Under the pieces are notes generated by a model. That model saw only the letters and a list, made by a program, of their open reading frames with translations, was not told the origin of the DNA and ran no database searches. Below are positions 14,011-28,507 of a stretch of 64,000 bases of DNA, in pieces; the stretch's first letter is position 1; every line of letters starts with the position of its first letter. The DNA lies in the NCBI GenBank assembly GCA_050613775.1, contig JBODTK010000108.1:124001-188000 (forward strand), read 5' to 3'. This DNA is from Neocallimastix sp. 'constans' (Eukaryota). The translations under genes were made by a program, and so were the position numbers.

Positions 14011-14046
14011 TTTTTTTTTTTTTTTTTTAGACAGGGAAGAGAATAC
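14011..14046 (-). mobile_element. Minimal LINE 3' stub (18 nt + A18) with an 8 bp target-site duplication ACTCGTGA
   Basis: Reverse complement GTATTCTCTTCCCTGTCT-A18 equals the tail at 13707-13724; flanked by ACTCGTGA at 14003-14010 and 14047-14054; the paralogous site at ~55270 is empty (TTACTCGTGAATTGAG). Confidence 0.85.
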
Positions 14047-14959
14047 ACTCGTGAATTGAGACGACACTCCTCTTTCAGTCGTCTGTGCTATATCTCAATT
14101 ACGATGCTTTAGAAAAATGGAAAAACTCATCATGTATTATTAATCATCTCACTAATAATATTCCTACTCTATGTCACATTACTCATGGACTTTAAGAATC
14201 ATGAACTTTGGATGCCCCAAATGATGTGGACTGTTTTTCCAGGTCCATGGAAAAGGAATAGCCTATATCAGGTGTACTAATTGCAGCTTTCTGTGATTCT
14301 GATGATAATAATGGTTATTCTATCTAAAGTAGCTTCTAGTACGAAGACGAAGAGAGAAAATTGGAATACTGGAAGACTGTTGAAAGTGAACCTAATGTTT
14401 TACACTGTTTTAAACTGAATATGTAGTAATATTGGAGTTGCATAATTAATAATATCATGTAGTTTCTACATATTATCATTGTAATGAATCTATTGTATTT
14501 TTTTACTTTAGCATTATTTTGCATATGTATTTTTCTATAGTATTATTTATACCTTAATGTAGCTATTGTAAAATAGAAATGTAGAAGATGAATTCACTCC
14601 AAAGCTTATGTTTAAGACATTATACATTAGAGAAAATTATTTTATCAATCAAAGCTTTACAAATCGATTAGAATTTCAGAAACTCAAAAGTTAACAGAAA
14701 ATACATAACAGAAAAAAAAAAAGAGTTTATTCATTACTTAAATAACAGGAAAAAAGTTATTATTCATTACTACAAAATTCTTAAGTTGTTCATTTTATTT
14801 AAATTTAATCAACTCCACGAAGATAGGATCTTCATTTTTTATTATTTTTTTTTTATTTATATTTTTCTATTTAATTATATATATATATTTTTTATCTTTA
14901 TTTCTTAGTTTTTAGTATTTTGGTTTTCATTGTTTCATTTTTTTAAATTGTAGTTTTTT

Positions 14960-17803
14960 TAGTTCATTATGGAAAAGATATTTCACCGGGGTTCTCGCTG
15001 CTATGGAACATATTGACAACACAGGGTTGATTTTTATCCGTAGTATACACTCATAGACTAATGCTAAAATGAAGGAATTTATTCATTCTAAATGCAAAAA
15101 AAATTCAATGATAATATTTTGTCAGTAAAGAGAATTACTAAATTCAATGATAGCTTCTTCAGGATAAAAGTATACACTCCAAATTTCAACCTCAAAAAAT
15201 TTAAAAAAAGTGTTTAAAAAGGCACTATCAGGAGTTAAAATTTCATATCGTAGATGTTCCAAATGGAATCATAAGGTTTCTTTTCGGCATTTAAAACAAA
15301 ATTTAATATCTATTAACACATTCAATGATATTAACACAGTAAACCTCAGTTCAACAAATTTAGTAAATGTTAATAATGGCAATCATGAACTAATTACTCC
15401 CAATATTCCTAATCTTAATTCTCAAAATCCATTTTCACATTCTAACATAGGAAAGTTTTTTTTTTTTTTGTCTTAGTTGGAATACCAACGGATGGAATTT
15501 TGTGAAAAGAAATAGTATTGAGTACTTCAACACAATATTTAAACCATTATTTCTATGTTTTCAGGAAACAGGTAATGGTACCAATGAGGCTAGAAATCCA
15601 TGTAAAGTAACACTTCCCAACTATAAATATTTCTTGAAAAGAATGGTTTATATCTATATTCCCACTAAGAAACACTCATTACAAGTCCGATATGCATTTT
15701 CAGAAGTTTTCACATGGCTTCAGAATCACATGAATCATCTATCTATTCTTCTTGGAGACTTTAACATGAGTACCTCTGATTTACAAGATAAATTATCCAA
15801 TAGTAACCTTGATAACTGGCTTATTCTTCCGATTAATGGTTCACCTATTTCATGGACAAGAGGTAGATTTTCATTAGATATAGATCATGCGTTAGTCAAT
15901 TCAAGTATGCTGGATTGGATAAAATATCAGGTGCTTATTTTGTTGATTATCCTTCTGTATCGGATCATAAACCTCTCATAGTTTATTGTAAGAAAATTAC
16001 AAATTTTTTTTTGGTAACAAAAATGATTCATCTGTGGTAAGATAGGATAGGTATAAAAGTCTTGAACAAAAGAAAGAAATTTGTCATCACAATAAATTTA
16101 AGATTCTTTGTGAGGAAATAAAGAACTTTCAATAGATTGTGTTATTGAAAAGTTTATTAACAATACTAATTACCAATGCTAAGGATTTATTGATTACATC
16201 TTTAACAGAAAATCAGAAAATGCGATGTTTAGAATGTCACGAAAAATTTATTGTCTTCAAAAGGTAAAGCATATTAAATACAAACAAATTAAGCGTTATG
16301 TTTCTGCAAATGATTCCAATGAATTTGCTAAAATAGTTGACTCGTATAACAGACTTTGTGAATCAATTCATAAAAAAATGTAAAAATGCAAAAATAAATA
16401 ATCAATCTTTCATGGTCTCTTATCCTATTAAAAAAAAAAAATAACAATGAACTTGTTTCTTCACCAGAGGAAAAATTAAAAGTTTGGCATTCTTATTATA
16501 AATTCTTAGGGTCGGATTCTTCCGGTCATAGTCTTTCTAAAGACTTCTGGAAAAGATTCTGATCCACTAATGAATTTGGGAAGTCCGAGGCAACAAGAAT
16601 GGGAAATTAATAATAAAGTTAAAAAAAAAAACATTTTATATTCCATAAAAGGATTTCTTAAAAATCCTCATATTCCTATCCCATAATAAAAGAATGTTAT
16701 TTTTATGCTATAGTAATCGAGACAAGTTTCGTATTAATGCACCTCTATTTGGATCAAACAAAAGAAAGAACGATAAGTACCATAGACATAGACACTCTAG
16801 TTAATTCAGGATTATACTGGATTGAAGGATTTTCTAATGAGAATAGCTTTACATCTCTTTACCGTATTTCTAAAGAACTTAACATTCCTCCTCTTTCGGT
16901 GAAATGTGCAACCGTTTTCAGATAAAGTGTTTTAAGAAATGGAAAAACTCGAAATGTATTATCTCCGTTCCATTTGAGAGAGATATCACGTGGTAGACGT
17001 CAAGCATGGGGTAGAGAAAATTAAAATTTAAGCAGACAAATTTGATAAATTTCCATCAAATTTAAAAATAGTAAACTGTAAACTTTTATTGGGATAGAGA
17101 TACGGCAAGAAAATCAATCAAGGTTAAGGCTTATAAGAAAAATGAATTTTAAGAAAACTGGAGACGACTAAAAGCTCAACTTTTTAAGTATCCTGAATTT
17201 AGTATTGGTTTCCGATGGGATACTTTGTGCCAGATGTAGATATAAAATTTGATGCTCGTGTTGCCAAAGCCGCCAATATAGTATGATTGAAGATGACTGT
17301 CTATAACGGTGTCCTTGTTATTAAAGAGAAAATTGCCATACTCGATTGAAACGTAGGTTTTCTAAATGCTATCTATTCAGTGATTTTCTAATGAAATATT
17401 TTATGGATATTGAAACTCTTCATGAAAAAATTTTTTATAGTTTCTAAATATTGTCCAATATCAAATAGTAATATAAACACTGTTAATCACAGATATAAAT
17501 AATTTAGAATCAAGTACAGATTCTGATAGTAGTAACGAAGATTATAATATTAATAATAATTAACAACAGAAATAATATTGTTAATAATAGTAGAATTAGT
17601 GATAGAGAAAATAGGAATATTAATATTAGAGATAGTGAAAATAATAGTATCGTCACTAATAATATAGTGAATAGTTCAATTGGTGAAAATCATATTAATA
17701 TAAGTAATTTTCTGAATAATCAATGTCTAAATTTATATGTGACGGTGGTACAGATTAAGATAGCTTCCTTCTTGGTGGAAAGAGACGCAGATATTATTAA
17801 TTT

Positions 17804-17866
<63 letters not shown>
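14960..17866 (+). mobile_element. Degraded LINE of a second family: ORF1 remnant, APE endonuclease, RT core deleted, C-terminal region and poly(A) tail
   Basis: APE motifs SWNTNG, LCFQET, ILLGDFN, DIDHALV and SDHKP (15475-15975); post-RT similarity (LVNSGLYWIEG...ELNIPPLS); ~A56 tail at 17811-17866; many frameshifts. 5' boundary approximate. Confidence 0.85.
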
Positions 17867-17868
<2 letters not shown>

Positions 17869-18369
17869 AATTATTATTATATAAAATAATTAATAATGTG
17901 TAAGAAATTATGATGAAGAGATGAAGCTAATTTATTTACTACTTTTGCAATGAAATAATAAAATAATAAATAAAAAAAAAGAATATATAATAAAATAAAC
18001 CATTAACTAATTATTAATTATATATATATATTATTATTTTTTTTTTTATTTCATTTATGTCAGTCACCACAAAAAAAGAAAAAAATTATCAATTTAATTT
18101 AATTTAATTATTATTTCCTAATTTTTATGTTTCCCCTCTTTTTTTTTTTTTTTTTTTTTTTTGTTATTTTATTTTTAAATTTAATTTTATTTTATTATTT
18201 TTTGTGTAACATATAAAATTTTAAGATAATCATGTCTTTAGTAAAAAAAAAAAAAAAAAAAAAAGTTTTATATATAATACTAAATTTTATATGTCATTGA
18301 CATACCTAATGATTTTTTTTAAGTTCTAAATATTGAAAAAAAATTTTGAGTATTATTTATTATCTATTA

Positions 18370-18472
<103 letters not shown>

Positions 18473-19245
18473 GTCATTTATATTTATTATTACTATTTTT
18501 CTTATTTTAAAATAGAAATAAACTTTACTTATTAATATTTATTTAAAAAAAAAAAAAAAAAAAAATTATTTCTTCTTTCAACTTTCTTAATATATATTTA
18601 ATTGCTATCATAAGTATATCAACATTAAAATAGTAGTAGTAAATATGATAAAAATATTTAATAATGATAATAAAATTATATAAAACTAAAAACTGTCTTA
18701 CTAATCCATTTAAAAATTTTTATCGGTAAAAAAAAAAGTAAAAAAATAAAAATAAACTAAAAATATACATTTTAAATAAGCTCATACAAAATTGGCAATA
18801 CCACAACAACAGAAAAATTTTTTTTTATAAAATTATCATTATTATAATCTGAAAAACAATGATTATTAAATCTTTAATAATGATTAATGATTAATGATTA
18901 AAATAAAAGAATAATTGAAATAAAAATAAAAGAATGATTAAATTTTTAATTATAATGATTAAAATAAAAGAATAATTATTATTGAAATAAAAATAAAAGA
19001 ATAATGATTAAATCTTTAATGATTATTATATTCAATAAAATAATTTAATTATTATTAATTATTTTAATTAAAAATATTTTAAATTAAAAAAAAAAATTTA
19101 TATATATATTATTAAAAAATTAAAAATTTATATTATAAATTTACTTCCATTATATATAATGAATTTTTTAAATAATGGTTATAATTATTTTGATTATTTA
19201 TTATCTATAATAATTATTATTTTTAGTCTATCGCATATATATATT

Positions 19246-19352
<107 letters not shown>

Positions 19353-21496
19353 TAATTTATCAACTTTTTTATAAACTTCTTACCTCCTTTGTATGACTTT
19401 CTTTTTAATTTAATTATTCTATTATAATTATTTATTTATTTATTTACTTATTCATTTATTCATTTATTTATTTATTTATTTATTTAAAATTTTACTTATA
19501 AATAATAATTGAAATAGTAATAAAATTTTATTTGATTCTATAATAATTTTTATTAAAATTTAAACTTTTTATTTATTTATTATAAATATTTTAATAGTTA
19601 ATCTAATAATTTCAAAAATTATATTTTAATCATTAGAATTAACTACCAAAATACTTAAAATACAATTTTTAAATTAACAACTGTTATTATTTTATTTCTA
19701 AAATTTAATTATTTCTTAAAATTTTTTTTTTTATGTTATCTACTACTAAGGAGGAAGTTTATTTTATTTTATTTTTACGAGTTAAGCAATAAATCAATAA
19801 GAAATAAAAGTTAGCTGCTGGACCTTCTTTAAATTTTATTATTATCTATTATTATTACTATTATTATTACTATTATTATTTATTTATTATTTATTATTTA
19901 TTATTCAACTATTTATTATTTAATTATTTATTATTTAATTATTTATTATTTATTATTCAACTATTTATTATTTAATTATTTATTATTTAATTATTTATTA
20001 TTTAATTATATTATTTATCATTTATTTATTATTATTTATTAATTATTATTCATTAACAATTTATTATTTATTATTTATTATTTATTATTTATTATTTATT
20101 ATTTATTATTTATTATTTATTATTTATTATTTATTATTTATTATTTATTATTTATTATTATTTTTATTATTTAGTAGTTAAATAGATAGATAGATAAATT
20201 AAATTATATAAATAAATTAATATATATTAAATGGATGAATGTATACTATATATTTAAATAAATAACTATATTTTTATATCTTTTATTTAATTTTTTTAAT
20301 TTTTTTAATTTTTCATATTCAAAAATGAATTAATTATTTTAATTTTTTTAATTTTTCATATTCAAATTTAAATGAATTAATTTTTTATAAATTATATTGT
20401 ATAATATATTATTATTTATATTAATATATATTTGCAATAAAGAAATTGATTTAAAATTCTTAACTTTTAATAGGTTTCCAATATATTAAAATTATTATTA
20501 TTAATATATAATAAATATATCGGTCATTTTAAAAGGATAGCATTAAAATAGAATTCAATATATTGATTAATATATTTATTAATATATTAATTTAATTGAA
20601 TAATTTATTTTTATTATAAATTCAATTTATTAAGAATAGATAAATTTATTTTTATTATTATATATTTTATTTTTTATTTTTTATACATATATATTTTTTT
20701 TTTTTTTTTTGAAAAATTTATTATTAAAAAATTTTTATTAAATAAAATTTAGTATAGAAGAAAAAAAAAAGAAAAAAAAAGGTAAATATTTTAGATATAA
20801 ACTTTTTTTTTTTTTATAAATCAAAGGAAATATATTTTTGAAGTAAGGTTTACTTTTCCTTCCTTTTTTTTTATTTATTTATTTCACATTTCACTTTTGC
20901 AATATTTCTTTCGTTATTATTATTTGATTTTATTCAATTTAATTATAAAATTTATTTAGCCTTAACCAAAAGATAAAAAAAAAAAAAAAAAAGAAAATCT
21001 ATCTATTTATAAATAAATCATTAAAATTAAAATTTATCCTTTACTATATCAATAAATATACATACTATCGAATAAATAAAAAATATATATAATAAAGAAA
21101 AAAAACTTAAAGTACTATTTTATATATAATAGAAATTAAATGTTGAACCCGAAATTTTTAAATTTTATTAGTACTCTATTTATTATAATAATAAAATGAT
21201 AATAAAATAAGGAGATAAAGGAAATTTATTAAATATGAGCCTGTATTACAAATAATATATATAATAATTGAATAAAAAAAATATACAATTAAAGGATATT
21301 TAAAACAAAAAAAACAAGAAATGATATGAAATTTAGATATGAAAATATTAGTATAATAAGATTGATTAAAGAAGATAATAATAGAATAATAAAATAGACA
21401 AAATAATAACAAAAAGAAAATTACAAAATAAAAAATTTAAAAATTACTGTGTATGAAAAAGAAAAAATTATAATATTTATCATCATTAATGTTGTT

Positions 21497-21537
<41 letters not shown>

Positions 21538-21636
21538 TTTATTTATATATTTTCTTTGAAAGTCATATTTATTAACTTTACAAATAATATATATATTTTA
21601 TAGTTAATATAAGAAAAAAATAATAATATTATTGAG

Positions 21637-21790
21637 ATGCAAACAAAATCTAGTTCCTATATACAATATGCCGTTCCAATCTTGGCATATTGTATCTCAT
21701 CTATATCTATGACCGTGGTCAATAAGGTCGTATTAAGTGCTTATAAATTCAAAATGAACTTTTTATTATTAATGTTCCAAGTATGTATAG

Positions 21791-21826
<36 letters not shown>

Positions 21827-23345
21827 TATAGGGGAAATATTCGAAATAATTTATTATTGTCAATTTATAAATGTTTCAAAAATAATAATAATAATGAAAT
21901 ATATATTTTAAAATGAAATTTTATTAACAATAAAATAATTTTTAAATAATATTAAATTTAAATTTAAAAAATATATATATAATGGAATAAAAAGTCTTTA
22001 ATTCCAGTTTTATTCTTAGAACTTTTCAGTAAATTAAGACTTATTCCAAAACATAGACCTTTCAAATGGAACGAGGGTATTAGATGTAAGTTTTTTGGAA
22101 GAAAAAAAAAAAAAAAAAAACTATTAATAGAAATAAATATATAATATAAATTATAATATACAAATATTTAAGAAATATAAAATATATATATATAAATTTA
22201 TAAAAATGAAACTTGAAAAAATATATCAATATATAAGAGATATTAATATTTTAATATTTTTTTATATTATCTTTTTTATATATATATATATATTTTTTAT
22301 ACTTCAAATAAATGTATAGGGTTCCCAATTTCTTGTGGTTTAGTCGTTATGATTTACACTGGTAGTAAGGCTGTTCAATACCTTCCAATTCCACTTTACA
22401 CTATTTTCAAAAATATTACAATTATTTTAATTGCTTATGGTGAACGTTTATGGTTTGGTGGTTCCAGAGTTAGTAGACCAATGTTCATAAGTTTTATTTT
22501 AATGATTTTATCTTCTCTTGTTGGTGGATGGGCTGATATTAAAGCTAGTAGTTTAGTTAAGGATAAGGAAGTTGGTATTTTCAGATCATATTCTTGGATG
22601 TTCTTAAATTGTATTTGTTGTGCTGCATACACCTTATTCATGCGTTCTCAATTAAAGAAATTTAACTTTAAAGATTTCGATACTGTCTTCTACAATAATC
22701 TTATTAGTGTTCCAATTTTAGTTATTTGTAGTCTTGTTGCTGAATCAGGTTACATTTCTGAATACAAAGAATATTACTTCCCACCAAAGGATTCTGAAAT
22801 CTATGAAACTAGACACAGTGAATTTGTTGGTCTCTGTACCGGTATTCTTATCAGTAGTATTGCCGCTTTTGCTATCAGTTACTGTAGTTCATGGTGTGTT
22901 CGTGTTACTAGTTCTACTACCTATAGTATGGTTGGTGCCTTAAATAAATTACCAATTTCTATTGCTGGTATGATCTTCTTTGATGATCCAGTTACCATAG
23001 GTGGTGTTTGTGGTGTCATTATTGGTATGATGATAAAATATTATATATTAATAATAATAATTATAAAAATTTATAAAATATAAATATATATATATTCATC
23101 ATCATTGTTTTTTTTTTTTTTTTTTTATTTAAATATATATTTATCAATAATATTTTTAATTATTTATTTATTTATTTATTTTTAACTTTAAATTAATTAT
23201 ATGTTAATAATAAATAGCTTTTGGAAGTGGTCTCTTATTCAGTTATGCAAAGACTCATTTAAACAGGCAAGAATCAATATTACCAACTAGTGTTAAAGAT
23301 ACAATGGAGTATAAATTAGTTGAAATAGATGAAAAAGTAATTTAA
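21637..23345 (+). CDS. VRG4: Golgi GDP-mannose transporter (nucleotide-sugar transporter); exons 21637-21780, 21995-22085, 22320-23024, 23218-23345
   Basis: Motifs YCISSISMTVVNK, WFPIS, YTGSKAVQYL, YTIFKNITII, FYNNL, TSSTTYSMVGALNKLP (GALNK signature); GT-AG introns keep the frame. Confidence 0.93.
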
Positions 23346-23577
23346 ACCATTGTTATTATAATTGTTTTTATTATATATATTTTTAGAGTTATAGCTTTAA
23401 AAGATATATAATTTTTAATTTTCATAAATATAATATTACATAACTAATCTATTTATATTTATTCATTATAAATTATTATTATATTATTTATACTACACAT
23501 ATTATCTCATGAAATAAAATAAAAAAAAAAAAAGCATGAAAAATAAAAATCCTATACATCATAATGCTAGAAAAAAT

Positions 23578-23608
<31 letters not shown>

Positions 23609-23809
23609 TTGCATAAAAAAAATGAAATATTTAATATCAAGGAAAAATAGATTGGATTTATTATTATAAAATACAGTTTATATATGAATTTATTTTTTTT
23701 TTTTTTCTTATTTAATTTAAAACCTATTTAAAACTTATCTTTTTTCAATATAAGAAAAAGATACATCAATAATATTATTATTTTTTTTAATTTTCCAATG
23801 ACGAAAGAA

Positions 23810-23856
<47 letters not shown>

Positions 23857-23926
23857 ATTTTTTTTTTTTCTTATAAATATTTATATTTTATTCATTATCT
23901 TTTTAAATATAATTTTATTTATTTAT

Positions 23927-23962
<36 letters not shown>

Positions 23963-24473
23963 ATCAACAAATAATAATAAAAATAAAAATAAAAAGATTT
24001 TTATCAAACGATTTTTATTTACATAAATATAAATTTGTTTATATATTTATTGATTGATTTACTTATTTATTGAAATTTTAATAATAAATAAAAATATTAT
24101 ATATATATTTAAGGTAAAAGTTTTACTTTTTTAAAAAGATGAAAAAGAGGAAGAAAAAATATATATATATGTATAGTATAAAAATAGTTTAATAGATTTC
24201 TTAAATTGAATATAAGAATTAATAGGAAATATCATTTAAAATATATATATATATATATATATATATTGATCAATTCTGGGATGTATTCTTTTTTTTTTTT
24301 TTTTTTTTTTATTGTTTTGTTAAATAAAATTTGTAATAATTATGATATTATCATTTGCAATTTAAAGGTTGGAAATATATATAAAGAATTAAATTTTATC
24401 TATTAGAATTAAAGCATCATTTAAGAGTCCCATTCATCCTCGAAAATTTATTATAATTTTTTTTTTTTTTTTT

Positions 24474-24504
<31 letters not shown>

Positions 24505-24677
24505 CTATTCATATAAAAATTTTCATAATATTTCTTTCCATTCATATATATATATATATATTAATTATTGAATTAAGTTTATTCCTATTTAAAAAAAAAA
24601 ATTGTGTAAAATATCGAATCATCCATAAATAATAAAGGGAATGGAGGAAGTAGTTATTTTCGGCAAGTTTAAATAAA

Positions 24678-24744
<67 letters not shown>

Positions 24745-24971
24745 GAAATTAAAAATAAAAATTATGAATTATAAAGAATAACAAAATAACAATAAAAAAA
24801 AATATTATGATATAATCCTTTTCCATTTTTCGTTTTTCATTTTTCACTTTAATTGCTATTAAATTTAAAAAAAAAAAAAAAAAAAATAAAATAAAATAAA
24901 ATAAAAATAAAAAATAATATAAAATAATTTTTTAATTTTTTAACCATCGTTATTAATTAATTAATTATTCC

Positions 24972-25006
<35 letters not shown>

Positions 25007-25112
25007 ATATGAAGGTTCAAAAAAATTTTTTTTAATTTTTGTTTTTTTTTTGTTTTTTTTTGTTTTTTGGTTCACAAATTTATCAGAAAAAAGTAAAAAA
25101 GTAGAAAAGTAG

Positions 25113-25149
<37 letters not shown>

Positions 25150-25150
25150 A

Positions 25151-25345
25151 ATGGATTTAGCTGATGAAGAATTATCTCTCCCAAAAGGTATAAATAATAA
25201 TGAAAGTATATTTTAGAAATTTTAAAAAAAAAAAAAAAATAAAGAAATAAAGATATTATCATCGAAAAATAATTTAAGTAGTTTCAACTATCTCTTTTTT
25301 TTTCATAATTATTATTTAAATTAGCATCCTATAAATCATTAAAAT

Positions 25346-25380
<35 letters not shown>

Positions 25381-26263
25381 AATAAAAATAAAAATAATCA
25401 ATTAAATAATAAAATGTTTTCTTCTTTTCTTTTTTTTTTTTTTAACATTTTATTTAAAATTTAATTTCTATTCTTTTTTTTTTTTTTTTTTTTACCTTAA
25501 AATATATATATTATTATATGATATTAATTAATAAAAAAAATATCCATTTAAATAATCTTATTGAAATTCTTTTTTTAAATATTTTTAAAAATGAAGGATT
25601 CATTTATTTATATATATATATATATATATAATGGGAAAAAAAAAATAAAAAATCTTTTTTTTTTACAATTATTAAATTAACTATTATAAATATTAAAATA
25701 TAAAAGATAATAATAAAGAGAGAAACTATTAATAAATAACTTTTAATTGATTACATTAATAAAAAATTATTAACAATATAAATACTTATATTCTTTTATA
25801 AATTATCCAATTATATAAATTAATTGTTTTTATTTTTATTTTTATTATTATTATTATTATTATTAAATAAAATAATAACAATAATAATAGCTACTATTAC
25901 AAAGCTTGTTAATGAAATGATGCCTGACGACATAACATGTCCAAAGGAAACACGCGATTTACTTTCAGAATGTTGTGTTGGTAAGAATTTTTTAAAAAAA
26001 AAATAATAATAATAATAGTAATAATAATATCTAAATTGAAATTTTATATAAAATTATATTATGTTTAAAAAAATAATAAAGTATAAATAAAATTTAATTA
26101 AATCCTAATATTTATTTTTATTGTTATTTTATTTTATTTTATTTTAATATTGTTGATATTATTGATTACTTTTATTTAACCTTTTCATATAAATTAATAA
26201 TACACATTTTTATAATCAAAATGTTGATTCTTTAATTTTTTAATTCATTAATTCTTATTTTTA

Positions 26264-26309
<46 letters not shown>

Positions 26310-26494
26310 ATTAATTATATAATATGTTTTCACTATGATATAAATATTATTATTTTAATCAAATGAAATAAAATGTTATATTAAAAAATAAAAACGATTG
26401 ATTAATTTAAAATTGAATCATAAATAAAATGATATCATAATATCCAATATATATATTCATTTTGCTTTAATGTAACACTATGCATATAATTTTT

Positions 26495-26552
<58 letters not shown>

Positions 26553-26999
26553 ATTCATTCATTTAATTGCATCAGAAGCTAATGAAATTTGTGAAAAAGA
26601 TACCAAAAAAACAATTGCAGGAGAACACGTTGTTTCAGCTTTACAAGTAATTTTTAGCAAAATAATATTTATAATAATTAAAAATATTATATTTGATAAT
26701 AATATTTAATAAAAAAAATAAATTAATAATATTAATTTATTTTATATAACTATCTAATGATATAATATATATTATATTATTATTATATACATATTAAAAA
26801 ATGTACATATTTAAATATTTAAAAAATAATTAATGCAATTACAATATTAAAAAATAATAATAATAGTCATTAGGCTTCGAAGATTATGTGTCAGAAATAA
26901 AAGAAGTATTAAATGAATATCAAAAACAACAAAAGGTTAGAAACCATTATATTTATATTTATATATTCATAAATAAAAATATAAAATTATCAAAACCAG

Positions 27000-27051
<52 letters not shown>

Positions 27052-27926
27052 AAAATATGAAATTTAAAAATAATATATAGATATAGATATAGATATAGAT
27101 ATAGATTTAAGTGAACATTAAGTACACATGTTATTAACTTTTTTTTTTTTTATAATTTATCATTATTATTTATTTAATCTGTTTATTATAATTTATTATA
27201 TTATTTTTTATAATTTATATCATTATTATTTATCTTTTTCTGTTTATAATATTTTATTATATTATATTTTATAATTTATATCATATATTTTATATTTTTT
27301 ATTTTTATAAAATTATAATATTATATTTATTATATTTATTATATTTATTATATTTATTAACAATAAATATATTGTACATGATGCATACAAATAACCCAAA
27401 TCAACAAATTATTATTAAAATTAAAAAATTAAATACTATATTTTATATATCACATCTAAATATATATATATATTAAAAATATTAATATTATAATATTATC
27501 AATATCAACTTCAACAATTTGGAATAATGTTAAAATAAACGAAATAAAATAAAATATAAAAATAATATATATATTGTGTTATATTATATTATACTATAAA
27601 TTAAATTAAATAATAATAATGAATGAATGAATGAATGAATAAAATAGGATCGTGAAAAGCGTTCTTCAAGACTTGAACATTCTGCTCTATCTCAAGAAGA
27701 ATTACTTCAATATCAAGAAGAACTTTTCAGAAATTCAAGAATGAGAATGGCACAAGGTGCAGAAGAAGCAGCGCTTGCTGCTGCTCAAAGTCAAAATCCA
27801 GTAGATATGAATAATAATATTAATAATGATATAAATAATGGTATACAGCAGCCACAGCAACCATCATCATCTGCAATGGAAACTGAAACTACGGTAATGG
27901 CAGAAGGAAATGCTGGTCATATATAA
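25151..27926 (+). CDS. NCB2: Negative cofactor 2 beta subunit (Dr1, histone fold); exons 25151-25187, 25891-25980, 26552-26646, 26867-26935, 27648-27926
   Basis: Spliced protein DEELSLPKATITKLV..ETRDLLSECCVEFIHLIASEANEICEKDTKKTIAGEHVVSALQSLGF..EELLQYQEELF; all introns GT-AG and in phase. Confidence 0.93.
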
Positions 27927-28346
27927 AAAAAAAAATCATACATATATATATTATATATTTATATTATATATATATATATAGAAATAAATCATATTTATAT
28001 TTATATAAAAAAAAATTTTTTTCTTGATTAAATATATATTTAATTAGTAATTATAATTAATTTAATTATAGATTAATAAATAAATAGCATTAACAAACCA
28101 TATTATACAAATTATAAAGATAAATGTTAAATAATAATCAAATGTTAATAATCCTAATCACTAATAATGTTAATATTTTAATAAATAAAAAATAAAAAAA
28201 ATAAAAAAAAAAAAATTAAAAAAATAAAAATAAAATCTATATATTATATATATATATATATATTAATTATTATTTGTGTAATGGTGTATTTTAAGATTAA
28301 TAATAATAATGAAACTTTTTATGTTAATTTTTTTTTTATCTTATAT

Positions 28347-28397
<51 letters not shown>

Positions 28398-28475
28398 TTT
28401 TTGTTTTATATAAAGTTTAAAAATAAAAAATAAAATAAAAATATATATTTTTCATTATTTAATATTATATATAAT

Positions 28476-28507
<32 letters not shown>

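Larger units (their letters stand above)
11384..14210 (+). mobile_element. Old degraded LINE fragment (post-RT region) acting as host for nested insertions; pieces at 11384-11670, 13763-14010 and 14047-14210
   Basis: Highly similar to the minus-strand LINE at 55.1-55.5 kb (ORFs 11525 and 55415 both begin MFYIMLLSLVQI(K/R)ADALKLKK; true frame YYAPL-GSNKSRCSK). Confidence 0.8.

Noticed and set aside
14336..14524. 62 aa minus-strand ORF between LINE fragments
   Set aside because: Short, no motif, and lies in decayed repeat-rich sequence.
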